Assembly: GCA_965223415.1 (NCBI GenBank)
Contig: OZ245002.1
Span: 5,632,001-5,696,000, forward strand
Direction of reading: 5' to 3'
DNA length: 64,000 bases
Source: Myxococcota bacterium
Lineage (GTDB): Bacteria > Myxococcota_A > UBA9160 > UBA6930
The translations under genes and the position numbers were made by a program. The first letter of the stretch is position 1, and each line of letters opens with the position of its first letter. The notes under the pieces are model-generated. The model ran no database searches, was not told where the DNA came from, and saw only the letters and a program-made list of their open reading frames with translations. This document shows positions 46,854 through 57,642 of the stretch, piece by piece.

Positions 46854-49111
46854 GAAGCCGCCCCGCCCTCCCGGAGGGCCGCGAGCAGGCGCGGCGGCGA
46901 GATCGGCAGCCTCGCCATGCGCACGCCGGCCGCGGCGTGCACCGCGTTGGCCACGGCGGCCAGCGGCGGGACGATCGGCGTCTCGCCGACGCCCCGCACG
47001 CCGTAGGGGTGATTCGGGTTCGGCACCTCGACGACGACCGTGTCGATCATCGGCAGGTCCGAGGCGACCGGCACGCGGTAGTCGAGGAAGCCCGGATTTG
47101 CGAGCACCCCGTCGGCATCGAACACGTACTCCTCGTTCAGCGCCCAGCCGATGCCCTGGGCCGCGCCGCCCTGCATCTGACCCTCGACGTAGCTCGGGTG
47201 GATCGCGCGCCCGGCGTCCTGCACCGCGGTGTAGCGAACCACGTCCACCCGCCCGGTCTCCGGGTCGATCTCCACGTCGCACAGGTGGGTCGCGAAGCCG
47301 GGGCCGGCGCCGCGGGCGGTGAGCTGGGCCTGGCCGCCCAGGGGCCCCCCGGTCGACGCCGCCTTGCGGGCCACCTCGGCCACCGTGAGCGGATCCTCCG
47401 CGACACCCGAGCCCTCCGCGGGCACACAGCGGCCGTCGACGAAGTCCACCTGGTCCGGCGCGCAGTCCCAGAGCTTGGCCGCCCGGCTGCGCAGCTCGCG
47501 CACCACCTGGCGCGAGGCCTCGATCACCGCCTGACCGGTGGCGAACGTGACGCGACTGCCGCCGGTGACGTCGGCATAGCCGATCGACTCCGTGTCGGCG
47601 ACGACCGGACGCACGTGGTGGACGTCGATCCCGAGCTCCTCCGCGCACAGGATCGCCATCGACGCGCGGGAGCCCCCGATGTCCGGGTTGCCGGTGACCA
47701 CCACCGCCGTGCCGTCCTCGTTCAGGTGCACCTCGGCGCTCGAGCTCATCCCGGCGTTGAACCAGAAGCCCACCGCGACCCCGCGGCCCTGGTTCGGGCC
47801 CAGGGGCGCCCCGTAGTGCGGGTGGTCGCGGGCGGCTTCGAGGGTCTCGATCAGCCCGATGCGCTTCAGGGTCGGCCCGTAGGGAGTCTTGGTTCCCTCC
47901 TTCGAGGCGTTGGCGAGGCGCAGCTCGATCGGGTCCTGGCCGAGCTTCGCCGCCAGCTCGTCCAGGGCGCTCTCGATCGCGAAGGCCGCCTGGGGCGCGC
48001 CTGGCGCCCGGTAGGCGGTGGTCTTGGGTTTGTTGCACACGACGTCCAGAGACTCGATGTGATGGTTCGGCACGTCGTAGGGGGTGATCACGGTCATCGC
48101 CGCCGCAACCGCCGGTGCGCCGGGGAAGCCGCCGGCCTCGAAGGCCATGCGCACCCGCGCCGCCAGGAGCGCTCCGTCCTTGCGAGCCCCGAGCTCCACC
48201 TCCATCAACGTCGCGCCGCCGGGCCCGGTGGCGCGGAAGACCTCCTCCCGGGTCATCACCATCTTCACCGGCCGCGCCGCCTTGCGCGAGAGCAGCACCG
48301 CCAGCGGCTCGAGGTAGACCGTGGTCTTGCCGCCGAAGCCCCCGCCGATCTCGCTGGGGATGACCTTCAGCTGGGAGATGTCGAGGCCCAGGAGGGCGGC
48401 GCAGTAGGCGCGCACCTGGAACTGGCCCTGGGTGCAGCACCACAGGACCGACTGGCCGTCCTCACCGGTGCGGGCCAGCGCGGCGTGGGGCTCGATGTAG
48501 CCCTGGTGCACGGTCTGGGTGCGGTAGGTGCGGCGCACCACGGCCGCGGCTTCGGCCAGGCCCGCGTCCACGTCGCCGCGCTCGTAGGTCGTGACGGAGG
48601 CGACGTTCGTCGGCCCGGTGTCCGACGCGCCCTTCGTGCGCAGGTCGTCGTGCAGGATCTCGGCGCCCGGGGCCATCGCGTCCTCGACGTCCAGGACCAC
48701 CGGCAGCGGCTCGTAGGCGACCTCGATCGCTTCGAGGGCGCGCTCGGCGGCGGCCTCGCTCGTCGCCGCCACCGCCGCCACCGCGTGCCCGTGGTAGAGC
48801 ACCTTCTCCCGGGCCAGCACGTTCCGGGAGAGGTGGGCCATGTTCACCTGCCCGCCGCCGGGAGGGAGGTCGGGCAGGTCCGCCGCCGTCACCACGGCCT
48901 TTACCCCGTCCATGGCGAGGGCGGCGCGGGTGTCGATCGAGGTGATGCGCGCATGGGCGTGGGGGCTGCGCAGGACCCGGCCCCACAGCATGTCCGGGAG
49001 CGAGAAGTCCGCACCGAACTGAGCGCGGCCGGTCACCTTGTCCACGCCGTCGTGGCGGATGGGACGCGTGCCCACCCAGCGGAACTTGGGCTGTCCGTTC
49101 TCGTCGGCCAC
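46850..49111 (-). CDS. Xanthine dehydrogenase family molybdopterin large subunit (CoxL-like, not form I CODH)
   Basis: DKVTGRA, LRSPHAHARI, QGYIEPH, IGGGFGGK, AYRAPG, VEGQMQGG..QGIGWAL, GVGETP. Confidence 0.94.
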   Translation of the reverse strand: MADENGQPKFRWVGTRPIRHDGVDKVTGRAQFGADFSLPDMLWGRVLRSPHAHARITSIDTRAALAMDGVKAVVTAADLPDLPPGGGQVNMAHLSRNVLAREKVLYHGHAVAAVAATSEAAAERALEAIEVAYEPLPVVLDVEDAMAPGAEILHDDLRTKGASDTGPTNVASVTTYERGDVDAGLAEAAAVVRRTYRTQTVHQGYIEPHAALARTGEDGQSVLWCCTQGQFQVRAYCAALLGLDISQLKVIPSEIGGGFGGKTTVYLEPLAVLLSRKAARPVKMVMTREEVFRATGPGGATLMEVELGARKDGALLAARVRMAFEAGGFPGAPAVAAAMTVITPYDVPNHHIESLDVVCNKPKTTAYRAPGAPQAAFAIESALDELAAKLGQDPIELRLANASKEGTKTPYGPTLKRIGLIETLEAARDHPHYGAPLGPNQGRGVAVGFWFNAGMSSSAEVHLNEDGTAVVVTGNPDIGGSRASMAILCAEELGIDVHHVRPVVADTESIGYADVTGGSRVTFATGQAVIEASRQVVRELRSRAAKLWDCAPDQVDFVDGRCVPAEGSGVAEDPLTVAEVARKAASTGGPLGGQAQLTARGAGPGFATHLCDVEIDPETGRVDVVRYTAVQDAGRAIHPSYVEGQMQGGAAQGIGWALNEEYVFDADGVLANPGFLDYRVPVASDLPMIDTVVVEVPNPNHPYGVRGVGETPIVPPLAAVANAVHAAAGVRMARLPISPPRLLAALREGGAAS

Positions 49112-49249
49112 GTCTCACCTCCGGATCCGGGGAGCGTACCCCAGGCCGCGCACGGCGAGAGCCGGTCTCGGAATCGTGAAGCGCGTACCGGCCCTCCTCG
49201 AGGAGACGGGCACGCTGGATATTTCTGGGACGGGCTCTAGCCTCGCCCC

Positions 49250-50602
49250 GTGGAGCTGCGATTGCCCGATCCCGCGCTCCGCGACGCCCTGCACACGGTC
49301 TGCGAGCGCGTCGCCGCCGCCGGGGGGCGCGCCCTGGCCGTGGGCGGCTGCGTGCGCGACAGCGCCCTCGGCCGCACCGCAAGGGACGTGGACGTCGAGG
49401 TGTTCGGTCTCGCCCCGGAGCGGCTGGGCGAGGTGCTCGGGGCGGCCGTCCCGGTTCTTCGGGTCGGCCAGGCGTTCCCGATCTTCCGCCTCGGCAGGCT
49501 GCCTCTCGACGTGGCCGTTCCGCGGCGGATCGGCGAGCGCGAGGCCTGGGACCCGGATGCGACGCCCGAGACGGCCGCCTTGCGCCGGGACTTCACGCTG
49601 AACGCAATCGCCCTGGACCCGCTCACGGGCGAGGTGATCGATCCGCTGGGCGGCCTGGGCGACCTGCGTGCTCGCCGCCTGCGCCACGGCTCGCCCCGCT
49701 TCGACGAGGACCCGCTGCGGGTGCTGCGGGCGATGCAGCTCTCGGCGCGCTTCCGCCTGGACGTCGCGCCGGAGACCGTCCTTCGCTGCCGGCGACTCGA
49801 CGCCGACGGGCTCGCCCGGGAGCGCGTGTTCGGCGAGTGGCGGCGGCTGCTGCTCGAAGGCGAGGAGATCTCCCGCGGCCTCCGCTTCCTGCGCGCCTGC
49901 GGCTGGACGCGCACGGTCCCGGAGCTCGAGGCCCTGATCGACGTGCCCCAGGATCCGACCTGGCATCCCGAGGGCTGCGTGTGGACCCACACCCTCCATT
50001 GCATGGACGTGTTCGCCGCCGAGCGCACCGGCGAGGAGCGGGACGACCTCGTGGTGGGCCTGGCCGTGCTCTGCCACGACCTCGGCAAGCCCGTGACGAC
50101 GCGGGTCGACGAGGACGGCCGGGTGCGCTGCCTCGGCCACGAGCGGGCGGGCGAGGCCCCGACCCGCCGGCTGCTCGCCCGCTGGACCGACGAATCGGCC
50201 CTCGCCGGCGAGGTGGTTCCCCTGGTGCTGGACCACCTCGCGCCGGTGCAGCTCCACGCCGCCGGCGCTGGCCCCGCCGCGGTCCGGCGGCTCGCCCGGC
50301 GTGCCGGCCGTATCGACCGGCTCGTGCGGGTGGCCTCGGCGGACCAGCAGGGCCGCCCGCCCCGGGTCATGGGCGCGTTCGAGGCGGGCGACTGGCTCCT
50401 CGCCCGCGCCGCCGAGCTGGGCGTGCTGCACGCCCCTCCGGAGCCTCTCGTGCAGGGGCGCCACCTGATCGCGCTGGGCCTCGAGCCGGGGCCGCCGTTC
50501 GGCCCCATCCTCGAAGCCTGCTATGCCGCCCAGCTCGACGGCCGCATCCGCGACGAGGCGGAGGGCATCGCCTTCGCAGAGGCCCGCATCCGGGAGTCTT
50601 AG
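49250..50602 (+). CDS. cca: Class II tRNA nucleotidyltransferase with HD domain
   Basis: VGGCVRD..G...DVDVE, RRDFTLNA, DPLGG..DL, EDPLRVLRA, WHPEG.VW.HT, LCHDLGK. Confidence 0.85.
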   Translation: MELRLPDPALRDALHTVCERVAAAGGRALAVGGCVRDSALGRTARDVDVEVFGLAPERLGEVLGAAVPVLRVGQAFPIFRLGRLPLDVAVPRRIGEREAWDPDATPETAALRRDFTLNAIALDPLTGEVIDPLGGLGDLRARRLRHGSPRFDEDPLRVLRAMQLSARFRLDVAPETVLRCRRLDADGLARERVFGEWRRLLLEGEEISRGLRFLRACGWTRTVPELEALIDVPQDPTWHPEGCVWTHTLHCMDVFAAERTGEERDDLVVGLAVLCHDLGKPVTTRVDEDGRVRCLGHERAGEAPTRRLLARWTDESALAGEVVPLVLDHLAPVQLHAAGAGPAAVRRLARRAGRIDRLVRVASADQQGRPPRVMGAFEAGDWLLARAAELGVLHAPPEPLVQGRHLIALGLEPGPPFGPILEACYAAQLDGRIRDEAEGIAFAEARIRES

Positions 50603-51654
50603 CCGAGCCGTCCCACGACCCGCTCCATGGCGGCCCGCTGCGCCTCCATCGAAGCCAGCAGCCGAAGGTGCACGCGGGTGCGCCGGAGGTTGTGCTCCGG
50701 GTCGCGGATGCGGAAGTAGCGGTCGCCGTCGAGGTAGTCGGCGAGGAAGCGCAGGGCCAGCTCGTAGGTCATCACCAGGGCGCCGGGCACGAGGGAGGCG
50801 CGCTCCTCAGCGGTCATCCACCCGCCGGCGGAGGCCGACCAGCCCTCGGCCAGCGCCTCGAACACGTCCATGCGCAAGGCGACCCGGGCGACGTCCGCCT
50901 CGTCCTCCCGGGCGGCGTTGCCGGCGGAGCGCACCAGGTCGCCGAAGTCCCAGGCCAGCAGGCCGGGCATCACCGTGTCCAGGTCCACCACCGCCACCGC
51001 CCGCTGCGTCTTGCGGTCGAAGAGCACGTTGTTCGCCTTCGTGTCGTTGTGGGTCGAGCGCTCCGGAAGGCCCGCCACGTCGAGGCAGGTCGCGAGGGCA
51101 GCGCGGGCGCCCAGGCCCTCGATCTCGGCGCCCGCCGCCGCCACCCGGCCGACACGATCGGCGCGAACGGCCTCCTCCAGCGCGCTTCGGCGCGCCACCG
51201 TGTCGTGGAAGCCGGGCAGGGTGGCGTGGAGGGGCGGCGGGGGGAGGTCGGCCAGCCCCGCGGCGAAGGCGCCGAAGGCGCGCCCGATCTCCCGGGCGGT
51301 GTCCGCGTGCTCGACCAGGTCGAAGCTCTCGGCGTCCGGCACCCGCTCCCAGGCCCGCCAGCACGCACCGTCCGGCGTGCGCACGAGAACGTCGCCCCGC
51401 GGCGTCGCGACCAGGCGCGGCACCCACGCCGCTACGCTGGGATGGGAGGTCACGCGGACCAGGTTCTCCATCAAGCGGTCCGGGTCCGGGAACACGTGGG
51501 TGTTCAGCCGCTGGAGGACCAACGCGCGGGGCCCAGAGTCGGTGGCGAGGTCGATCCCGAAGGTGGCGTGGATGTGCCCCGAGCCGAGGGGCCCGCTCGC
51601 CCTCACCGCCCCGGCGACGAAGCGGGTCGCGGCCTCGGCGGCGCCATCGCTCAT
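50599..51654 (-). CDS. APH-fold phosphotransferase, N-acetylhexosamine 1-kinase (NahK)-like
   Basis: GSGHIHAT, LQRLNTHVF, THNDTKANNVLF, VDLDTVMPG, DFGDLVR, RFLADYLDGDRYF. Confidence 0.8.
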   Translation of the reverse strand: MSDGAAEAATRFVAGAVRASGPLGSGHIHATFGIDLATDSGPRALVLQRLNTHVFPDPDRLMENLVRVTSHPSVAAWVPRLVATPRGDVLVRTPDGACWRAWERVPDAESFDLVEHADTAREIGRAFGAFAAGLADLPPPPLHATLPGFHDTVARRSALEEAVRADRVGRVAAAGAEIEGLGARAALATCLDVAGLPERSTHNDTKANNVLFDRKTQRAVAVVDLDTVMPGLLAWDFGDLVRSAGNAAREDEADVARVALRMDVFEALAEGWSASAGGWMTAEERASLVPGALVMTYELALRFLADYLDGDRYFRIRDPEHNLRRTRVHLRLLASMEAQRAAMERVVGRLG

Positions 51655-51962
51655 GCCGGGAGCCACAGGATCGCGGCGACCGCCCCGAGACCGGACAGCG
51701 ACCAGATCCCGACCAGGACGCCGAGCAAGCCGCGCCGACCGCTCTTCCAGAGACGGAAGCCGCCCTGGGCGCTCACCACGATTACGATGGCCAGGGCCGC
51801 CATGGCGAAGGGATTGCGGTCGCCGAAGACGAGCACGAGGAGCGCGGCGCCCAGGGTGGAGACGATGCCAACCGCGACGATCAGGACCGGGCGCAGAGTC
51901 GGGTCGGAGACCCAGCTCCGCAGCCACGCGTCGAGGCTGGCCGGCTCCCGCTCGTCCTCCAC
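51651..51962 (-). CDS. Small membrane protein (3 TM)
   Basis: DPTLRPVLIV...RNPFAMAAL; hydrophobic; stop overlaps the kinase ATG. Confidence 0.65.
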   Translation of the reverse strand: MEDEREPASLDAWLRSWVSDPTLRPVLIVAVGIVSTLGAALLVLVFGDRNPFAMAALAIVIVVSAQGGFRLWKSGRRGLLGVLVGIWSLSGLGAVAAILWLPA

Positions 51963-52003
51963 GCAGGGAACGTAGCGGCCGGGCCCGTCCGACCGGCACC
52001 GGC

Positions 52004-52204
52004 TCAGGGCGCGCGGCGACTCCGCGCGAGGCCCACCACGAGGGCGGCCCCGAGGGCGAAGACCGCGGCGGCCGTCGGCTCCGGCACCGCCGGCATCGGC
52101 CGGATCGCCACGACCGGCTTCTGGGCCGTCAGCACCTGGGCCACGGCGGGGTGGGCCAGCAACATGACGGCGAGGGGAAGGATGCGATACAGCAGGGTCT
52201 TCAT
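52004..52204 (-). CDS. 66-aa PEP-CTERM microprotein
   Basis: MKTLLYRILPLAVMLLAHPAVA-QVLTAQKPVVAIRPMPA-VPEP-TAAAVFALGAALVVGLA-RSRRAP; GAGGA RBS. Confidence 0.75.
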   Translation of the reverse strand: MKTLLYRILPLAVMLLAHPAVAQVLTAQKPVVAIRPMPAVPEPTAAAVFALGAALVVGLARSRRAP

Positions 52205-52295
52205 CGGGAGATCCTCGACGACGGGAGGGAAAGGCCCCGCCATCCTACCGCGTCCCGAGCCAGATCGGGGGAATTTTTCCCCTCGAAAGGACACC

Positions 52296-53174
52296 ATGAC
52301 CCTGCCCACCCTGCCCTTCGGCCGCACCGGCCACCAGAGCACCCGCGTGCTGTTCGGCGCCGCCGCCCTCGGCGGCATGCGCCAGGAGAAAGCCGATGCC
52401 GTGCTCGAGCAGCTCCTCCTTGCCGGCGTGAACCACCTCGACACGGCGGCCTCCTACGGCGAGGCGGAGCTGCGGATCGGGCCCTGGATGCGGGAGCACC
52501 GCGGGGACTTCTTCCTGGCTACGAAGACCGGCGAGCGCACTGCCGCCGGGGCGCGGGAGAGCCTGCACCGCTCCCTCGAGCGGATGCGGGTGGACGCCGT
52601 CGACCTGATCCAGCTCCACAACCTGGTCGACCCGGCCGACTGGGAGACGGCCCTCGGTCCGGACGGCGCCGCCGAAGCCCTGGTGGAGGCCCGCGATCAG
52701 GGACTGGTGCGCTTCCTCGGCGTCACCGGCCACCGCTGGAACGCGGCCACCATGCACCTGCGCAGCCTGGACCGGTTTCCCTTCGACTCGGTGCTCTTTC
52801 CGTACAGCTACACGATGCTGGCCCAGCCGGACTACGCCGCCTCGGTCGAGGCGTTGATCGCGCGGGGCCAGGCCGACGGCGTCGCCCTCCAGACCATCAA
52901 GTCCGTCGCGCGGCGTCGCTGGCAGGACGGGGACCTGCGTAAGTTCAGCTGGTACGAGCCGCTCCTCGACCCGGAGCCGGTGCGACGGGCCGTGCACTTC
53001 GTGCTGGCCCAGGAGGGTCTCTTCCTGAACACGTCGAGCGACGCGCGGCTCCTGCCGACGATCCTCGCCGCCGCCGCCGAGCCCCCCGAGGCCCCGGCGC
53101 CGGACGCCCTCGAGGCCGACGTGGCGCACTACGAGATGGAGCCGCTGTTCCCACCGGGCGTCGACGCGATCTGA
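52296..53174 (+). CDS. Aldo/keto reductase
   Basis: FGRTG, GVNHLDTAASYG.AE, FLATKT, SLERM.VDAVDLIQLH, GLVRFLGVTGH; AAAGGA RBS. Confidence 0.92.
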   Translation: MTLPTLPFGRTGHQSTRVLFGAAALGGMRQEKADAVLEQLLLAGVNHLDTAASYGEAELRIGPWMREHRGDFFLATKTGERTAAGARESLHRSLERMRVDAVDLIQLHNLVDPADWETALGPDGAAEALVEARDQGLVRFLGVTGHRWNAATMHLRSLDRFPFDSVLFPYSYTMLAQPDYAASVEALIARGQADGVALQTIKSVARRRWQDGDLRKFSWYEPLLDPEPVRRAVHFVLAQEGLFLNTSSDARLLPTILAAAAEPPEAPAPDALEADVAHYEMEPLFPPGVDAI

Positions 53175-53183
53175 CCGCGGCGC

Positions 53184-54473
53184 CTACGCCCCCGCCTCCG
53201 GGTCCGCGTACACCGACGCGTCGAGCTGGCCCTCGGCCTTCGCGACGATGCAGGTCACCGCCGCGTCGCCGGTGATGTTCACCGCGGTGCGCACCATGTC
53301 GAGCAGGCGGTCGATGCCGATGATGAGCCCGATGCCCTCCACCGGCAGGCCCACCTGGCGCAGCACCATGGCGAGCATGATCAGCCCGACGCCGGGCACG
53401 CCGGCGGTGCCGATCGAGGCCAGGGTCGCCGTCAGCACCACCATCAGGTAGCCGGTGGGCCCGATGTCCACGGCGTAGGCCTGGGCGATGAACACGGTGG
53501 CCACGCCCTGCATGATGGCGGTGCCGTCCATGTTGATGGTCGCGCCCAGGGGAACGGTGAAGGAGGCCACCCGGTTGTCGACGCCGAGACGGCGCTCGGT
53601 GGTGCGCAGGGTGACGGGCAGGGTGGCCCCGGAGCTGGCGGTGCTGAAGGCCACGACCTGGGGCGAGCGCATCTTGCGGAAGAACATCAACGGATCGAGA
53701 CGGGCCAACACGGCGAGCAGCGCGGGATAGACGCCGGCCCCGTGCACCAGCAGCACCCCGAACACGACGAAGAAGTACTTGAGGAGGGGCTGGAAGGCGT
53801 CGAAGCCCTGCTGGGCGAAGACCTTCGCGATCAGGCAGAAGACGCCGATCGGCGCGATACGCATGAGGAGCGCGACCAGCCGCATGATCACCGTGTTCGC
53901 GTCCTCGAAGAACGAGAGCAGGCGGGTGCCGGCGGTCCCGGCCATCGTCATGGCCAGCCCGAAGAGCACGGCGAAGACGATGATCTGGAGCATGTTGCCC
54001 TCGGCCATCGCCTTCACCGGGTTGGTCGGGAAGATCTGGATCAGCGTGTCCGAGAGCGGGGGCGCCTCGCGGCCCTCGAATTGAACGTCCGTGGGCAGGT
54101 CGAAGCCGGCGCCGGGCGCCACCAGCACCGCCGCCGTGATCGCGATGGTGATCGCCACCGCGGTGGTGAACAGGTAGAGGAGCAGCGTGCGCCCGCCGAG
54201 CCGGCCCAGGCGAGAGAGATCGTCCAAGGCGGCCGTGCCGCACACCAGCGAGACGAAGACCAACGGCACCACCAGGAGCTTCAGGCTCGCCAGGAAGACC
54301 GCGCCGCCCACGTGCAGCAGGCCCTGCACGAGGAACTGGGAGACGAAGCCCGCCCGGGAGATGCCGAAGGCGTTCAGCACCAGGCCGAGGGCCAGGCCCG
54401 CCCCCATGCCCACCAGGATCCGTCGCGTGAGCCCGCTGGCTCCGAGGTCGTCCTGCGGCTCGGCACTCGCCAT
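53184..54473 (-). CDS. Dicarboxylate/amino acid:cation symporter (DAACS/GltP family)
   Basis: AFSTASSGATLP, PLGATINMDGT, SIGTAGVPG, IDRLLDMVRTAVNITGD. Confidence 0.95.
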   Translation of the reverse strand: MASAEPQDDLGASGLTRRILVGMGAGLALGLVLNAFGISRAGFVSQFLVQGLLHVGGAVFLASLKLLVVPLVFVSLVCGTAALDDLSRLGRLGGRTLLLYLFTTAVAITIAITAAVLVAPGAGFDLPTDVQFEGREAPPLSDTLIQIFPTNPVKAMAEGNMLQIIVFAVLFGLAMTMAGTAGTRLLSFFEDANTVIMRLVALLMRIAPIGVFCLIAKVFAQQGFDAFQPLLKYFFVVFGVLLVHGAGVYPALLAVLARLDPLMFFRKMRSPQVVAFSTASSGATLPVTLRTTERRLGVDNRVASFTVPLGATINMDGTAIMQGVATVFIAQAYAVDIGPTGYLMVVLTATLASIGTAGVPGVGLIMLAMVLRQVGLPVEGIGLIIGIDRLLDMVRTAVNITGDAAVTCIVAKAEGQLDASVYADPEAGA

Positions 54474-54513
54474 GGCACCCCCCTACCCCGGAGGATAGGA
54501 ACCCGGCGCCGGA

Positions 54514-55328
54514 TCACCCGACGACTTCGAGCCGCTCGTCGAAGTCGTGCCGGCCCTCGCCGCGCCGCAGCACCCGGGGCAGGATGGTCGGGATGCTGCG
54601 GGGATCGAGCCGCGTCTTCGCCTGCACCAACGCGCGGGCGGAGTCGTAGCCGCACAGACCGCGCAGGTTGGTGAGGGTCGGCGAGATCATCGGCATCTCC
54701 TCCGCCTCGAAGCGCGCCAGGGCCTCCTCGGGGCGGATCCACAGGCTGTGCACCGCCTCGTGGCCGTCGTGGATCGCCTCTTGGTGCTCGGGCGCCAGGG
54801 CCACGAAGAAGCGCGTGTCGAAGCGGGACGGGTTGTCGATGGGCGTGATCCAGTGGGCGACGTAGGCGAGGCGGTCGGTGGCGAGGCGCAGGTCCTCGCG
54901 CTGGCACAGCTCCTCGAGGGCACCCTTCTCGCCGGCGTTCAGGCGACCGCGGTCGACGCCGAGCTGCTGCCGCACCTCCGGATCGCGCAGCTCGAGGAGC
55001 TTGCCGTCGGCACGGGTCGCGAGCAGCAGGCCCGCCTCCTCGAAGCACTCGCGAAGCGCCGCCACCCAGTAGGCGAGACCGCCGGTGGGGAGGTTCAGGG
55101 TGGTGTTTGCATCGAGGGGTCGCGGGCCCTGGCACAGGGCGCAGGCGGCGGGCCCGGCGTCGGCCGGATCGACCTTGCCGCCGGGGAACACGAAGAGGCC
55201 GCCGAAGTCACCGAACGACGAGCGCTCCATCATGAACACCTCGATGCCGGCGTCGCCGTCCCGCACGAGCATCACCGTGGCGGCGGGCTTCGGGATCCCG
55301 CTCTTCAGCGGGGCGACAGACTCCCCCT

Positions 55329-55332
<4 letters not shown>
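54514..55332 (-). CDS. NUDIX hydrolase (NUDT19-like, possible acyl-CoA diphosphatase)
   Basis: PAATVMLVRD, VFPGGKVD, AALRECFEEAGLLL, HWITP...RFDTRFF; GTG overlaps the upstream stop. Confidence 0.85.
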
Positions 55333-56504
<1,172 letters not shown>

Positions 56505-56505
56505 G

Positions 56506-57585
56506 CTAGGCCTCCCCGTGCGAGAGCTGCACGGCCCCGCCCGTGGCACACAGCGCCGCACCCGCGTCGTCCCGCGCGGCGTCGATGCCACCGCAGGTCT
56601 GGGCGAGGGCGCGGGCCTCGCGCATGAACTTCTCCACCGGATAGTCCGCCATGAAGCCGTGGCCCCCGAGGATCTGCACGCCGCTCGGCCCGATCAGCCG
56701 CGAGGCCTCGATCGTCTCGGCGAAGGCGGACGCCGCTTCGCCTTCCCCGAGGAGACCGGCGTCGAGACGCCAGGCGGCGTCGTGCACGAGCAGCCGGGCG
56801 CCGTCGAGGGCCATCTGCATGTCGGTGATCAGGAAGGCCAGCGCCTGATGATGGGCAATGGGCCGGCCGAAGGCCTCGCGCTCGAGGGCGTAGGCCCGGG
56901 AGAAGTCGCAGGCGGCCCGAAGCACACCGAGGAGCAGCGAAGCCGTGTGGATCCGCGTCCGGGCCCGCGCGCGAGCGCCGCCGGCCGCACCCTCGAAGCG
57001 GGCCGCGATCGGGGCGCCCTCCAGCCGCAGGGCCGACGCGCCGGCCGCCCGGAGCCCCGCGCCCCGCAGCGACTCGACGGCGATGCCCTCCCGGACCACG
57101 ACCGCGCCCGCGGCGCCCTGCACCACGAGCAGCTCCACCCGGTCCGCCGGCACCCACGGCACCTCCCCGTCCAGCCGCTCGCCGGTGAGGGCCAGGTGCG
57201 CGTCGCGCTCGTCGACGAGGACCGCCCGCCCGTCACCGGCCAGCAGCGGGGCGAGCCACGCCTCCACCGCCTCGTCGCCGCCGAGCTCGGCCAGCGGGTA
57301 CAGGGCGGGACCGATTCGGTCGAGGGCCAGGGCCGCGCCTGCGTCCGCCGCGCCGAGCTCCTCATTCACGAGGGCGCGGGCCAGGCTGCCGAGGGCCGCG
57401 CCGCCCGCCGCCTCCGGCAGCTCCAGGCCCGCGAGACCGATCTCGTCGAAGGTCGCCTGCACGCCCGCGTCCACGCCGCGAGCCTGCTCGGCCTCGCGCA
57501 GGGCCGGCGTGAGCGCCTCCGCCGCGAAGCTGCGTGTCGTCTCGACGAGGAGCGCCAGCTCCTCGCCCGGATCCAGGTCGAACAT
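56506..57585 (-). CDS. Acyl-CoA dehydrogenase-like protein (degenerate subunit)
   Basis: REAFGRPIAHHQAL, VQILGGHGFMADYPVEKFMRE; lacks the TEP..GSD and EGT motifs. Confidence 0.85.
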   Translation of the reverse strand: MFDLDPGEELALLVETTRSFAAEALTPALREAEQARGVDAGVQATFDEIGLAGLELPEAAGGAALGSLARALVNEELGAADAGAALALDRIGPALYPLAELGGDEAVEAWLAPLLAGDGRAVLVDERDAHLALTGERLDGEVPWVPADRVELLVVQGAAGAVVVREGIAVESLRGAGLRAAGASALRLEGAPIAARFEGAAGGARARARTRIHTASLLLGVLRAACDFSRAYALEREAFGRPIAHHQALAFLITDMQMALDGARLLVHDAAWRLDAGLLGEGEAASAFAETIEASRLIGPSGVQILGGHGFMADYPVEKFMREARALAQTCGGIDAARDDAGAALCATGGAVQLSHGEA

Positions 57586-57642
57586 CCAGTGAGGGTATCG
57601 CGTCGCGGGAATCGCGGCGCCGCGCGCCCTACCCTCGGCCTC

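Noticed and set aside
45188..49111. Aerobic CO dehydrogenase (coxMSL) or 4-hydroxybenzoyl-CoA reductase
   Set aside because: The loop is AYRAPG, not AYRCSFR; gene order differs; no cox accessory genes; no Fe-S insert in the FAD subunit
50599..51654. Aminoglycoside resistance kinase
   Set aside because: Motifs (HNDTK.NN, DLDTVMPG, RFL.DYL.GD.YF) fit the NahK-like sugar kinase branch
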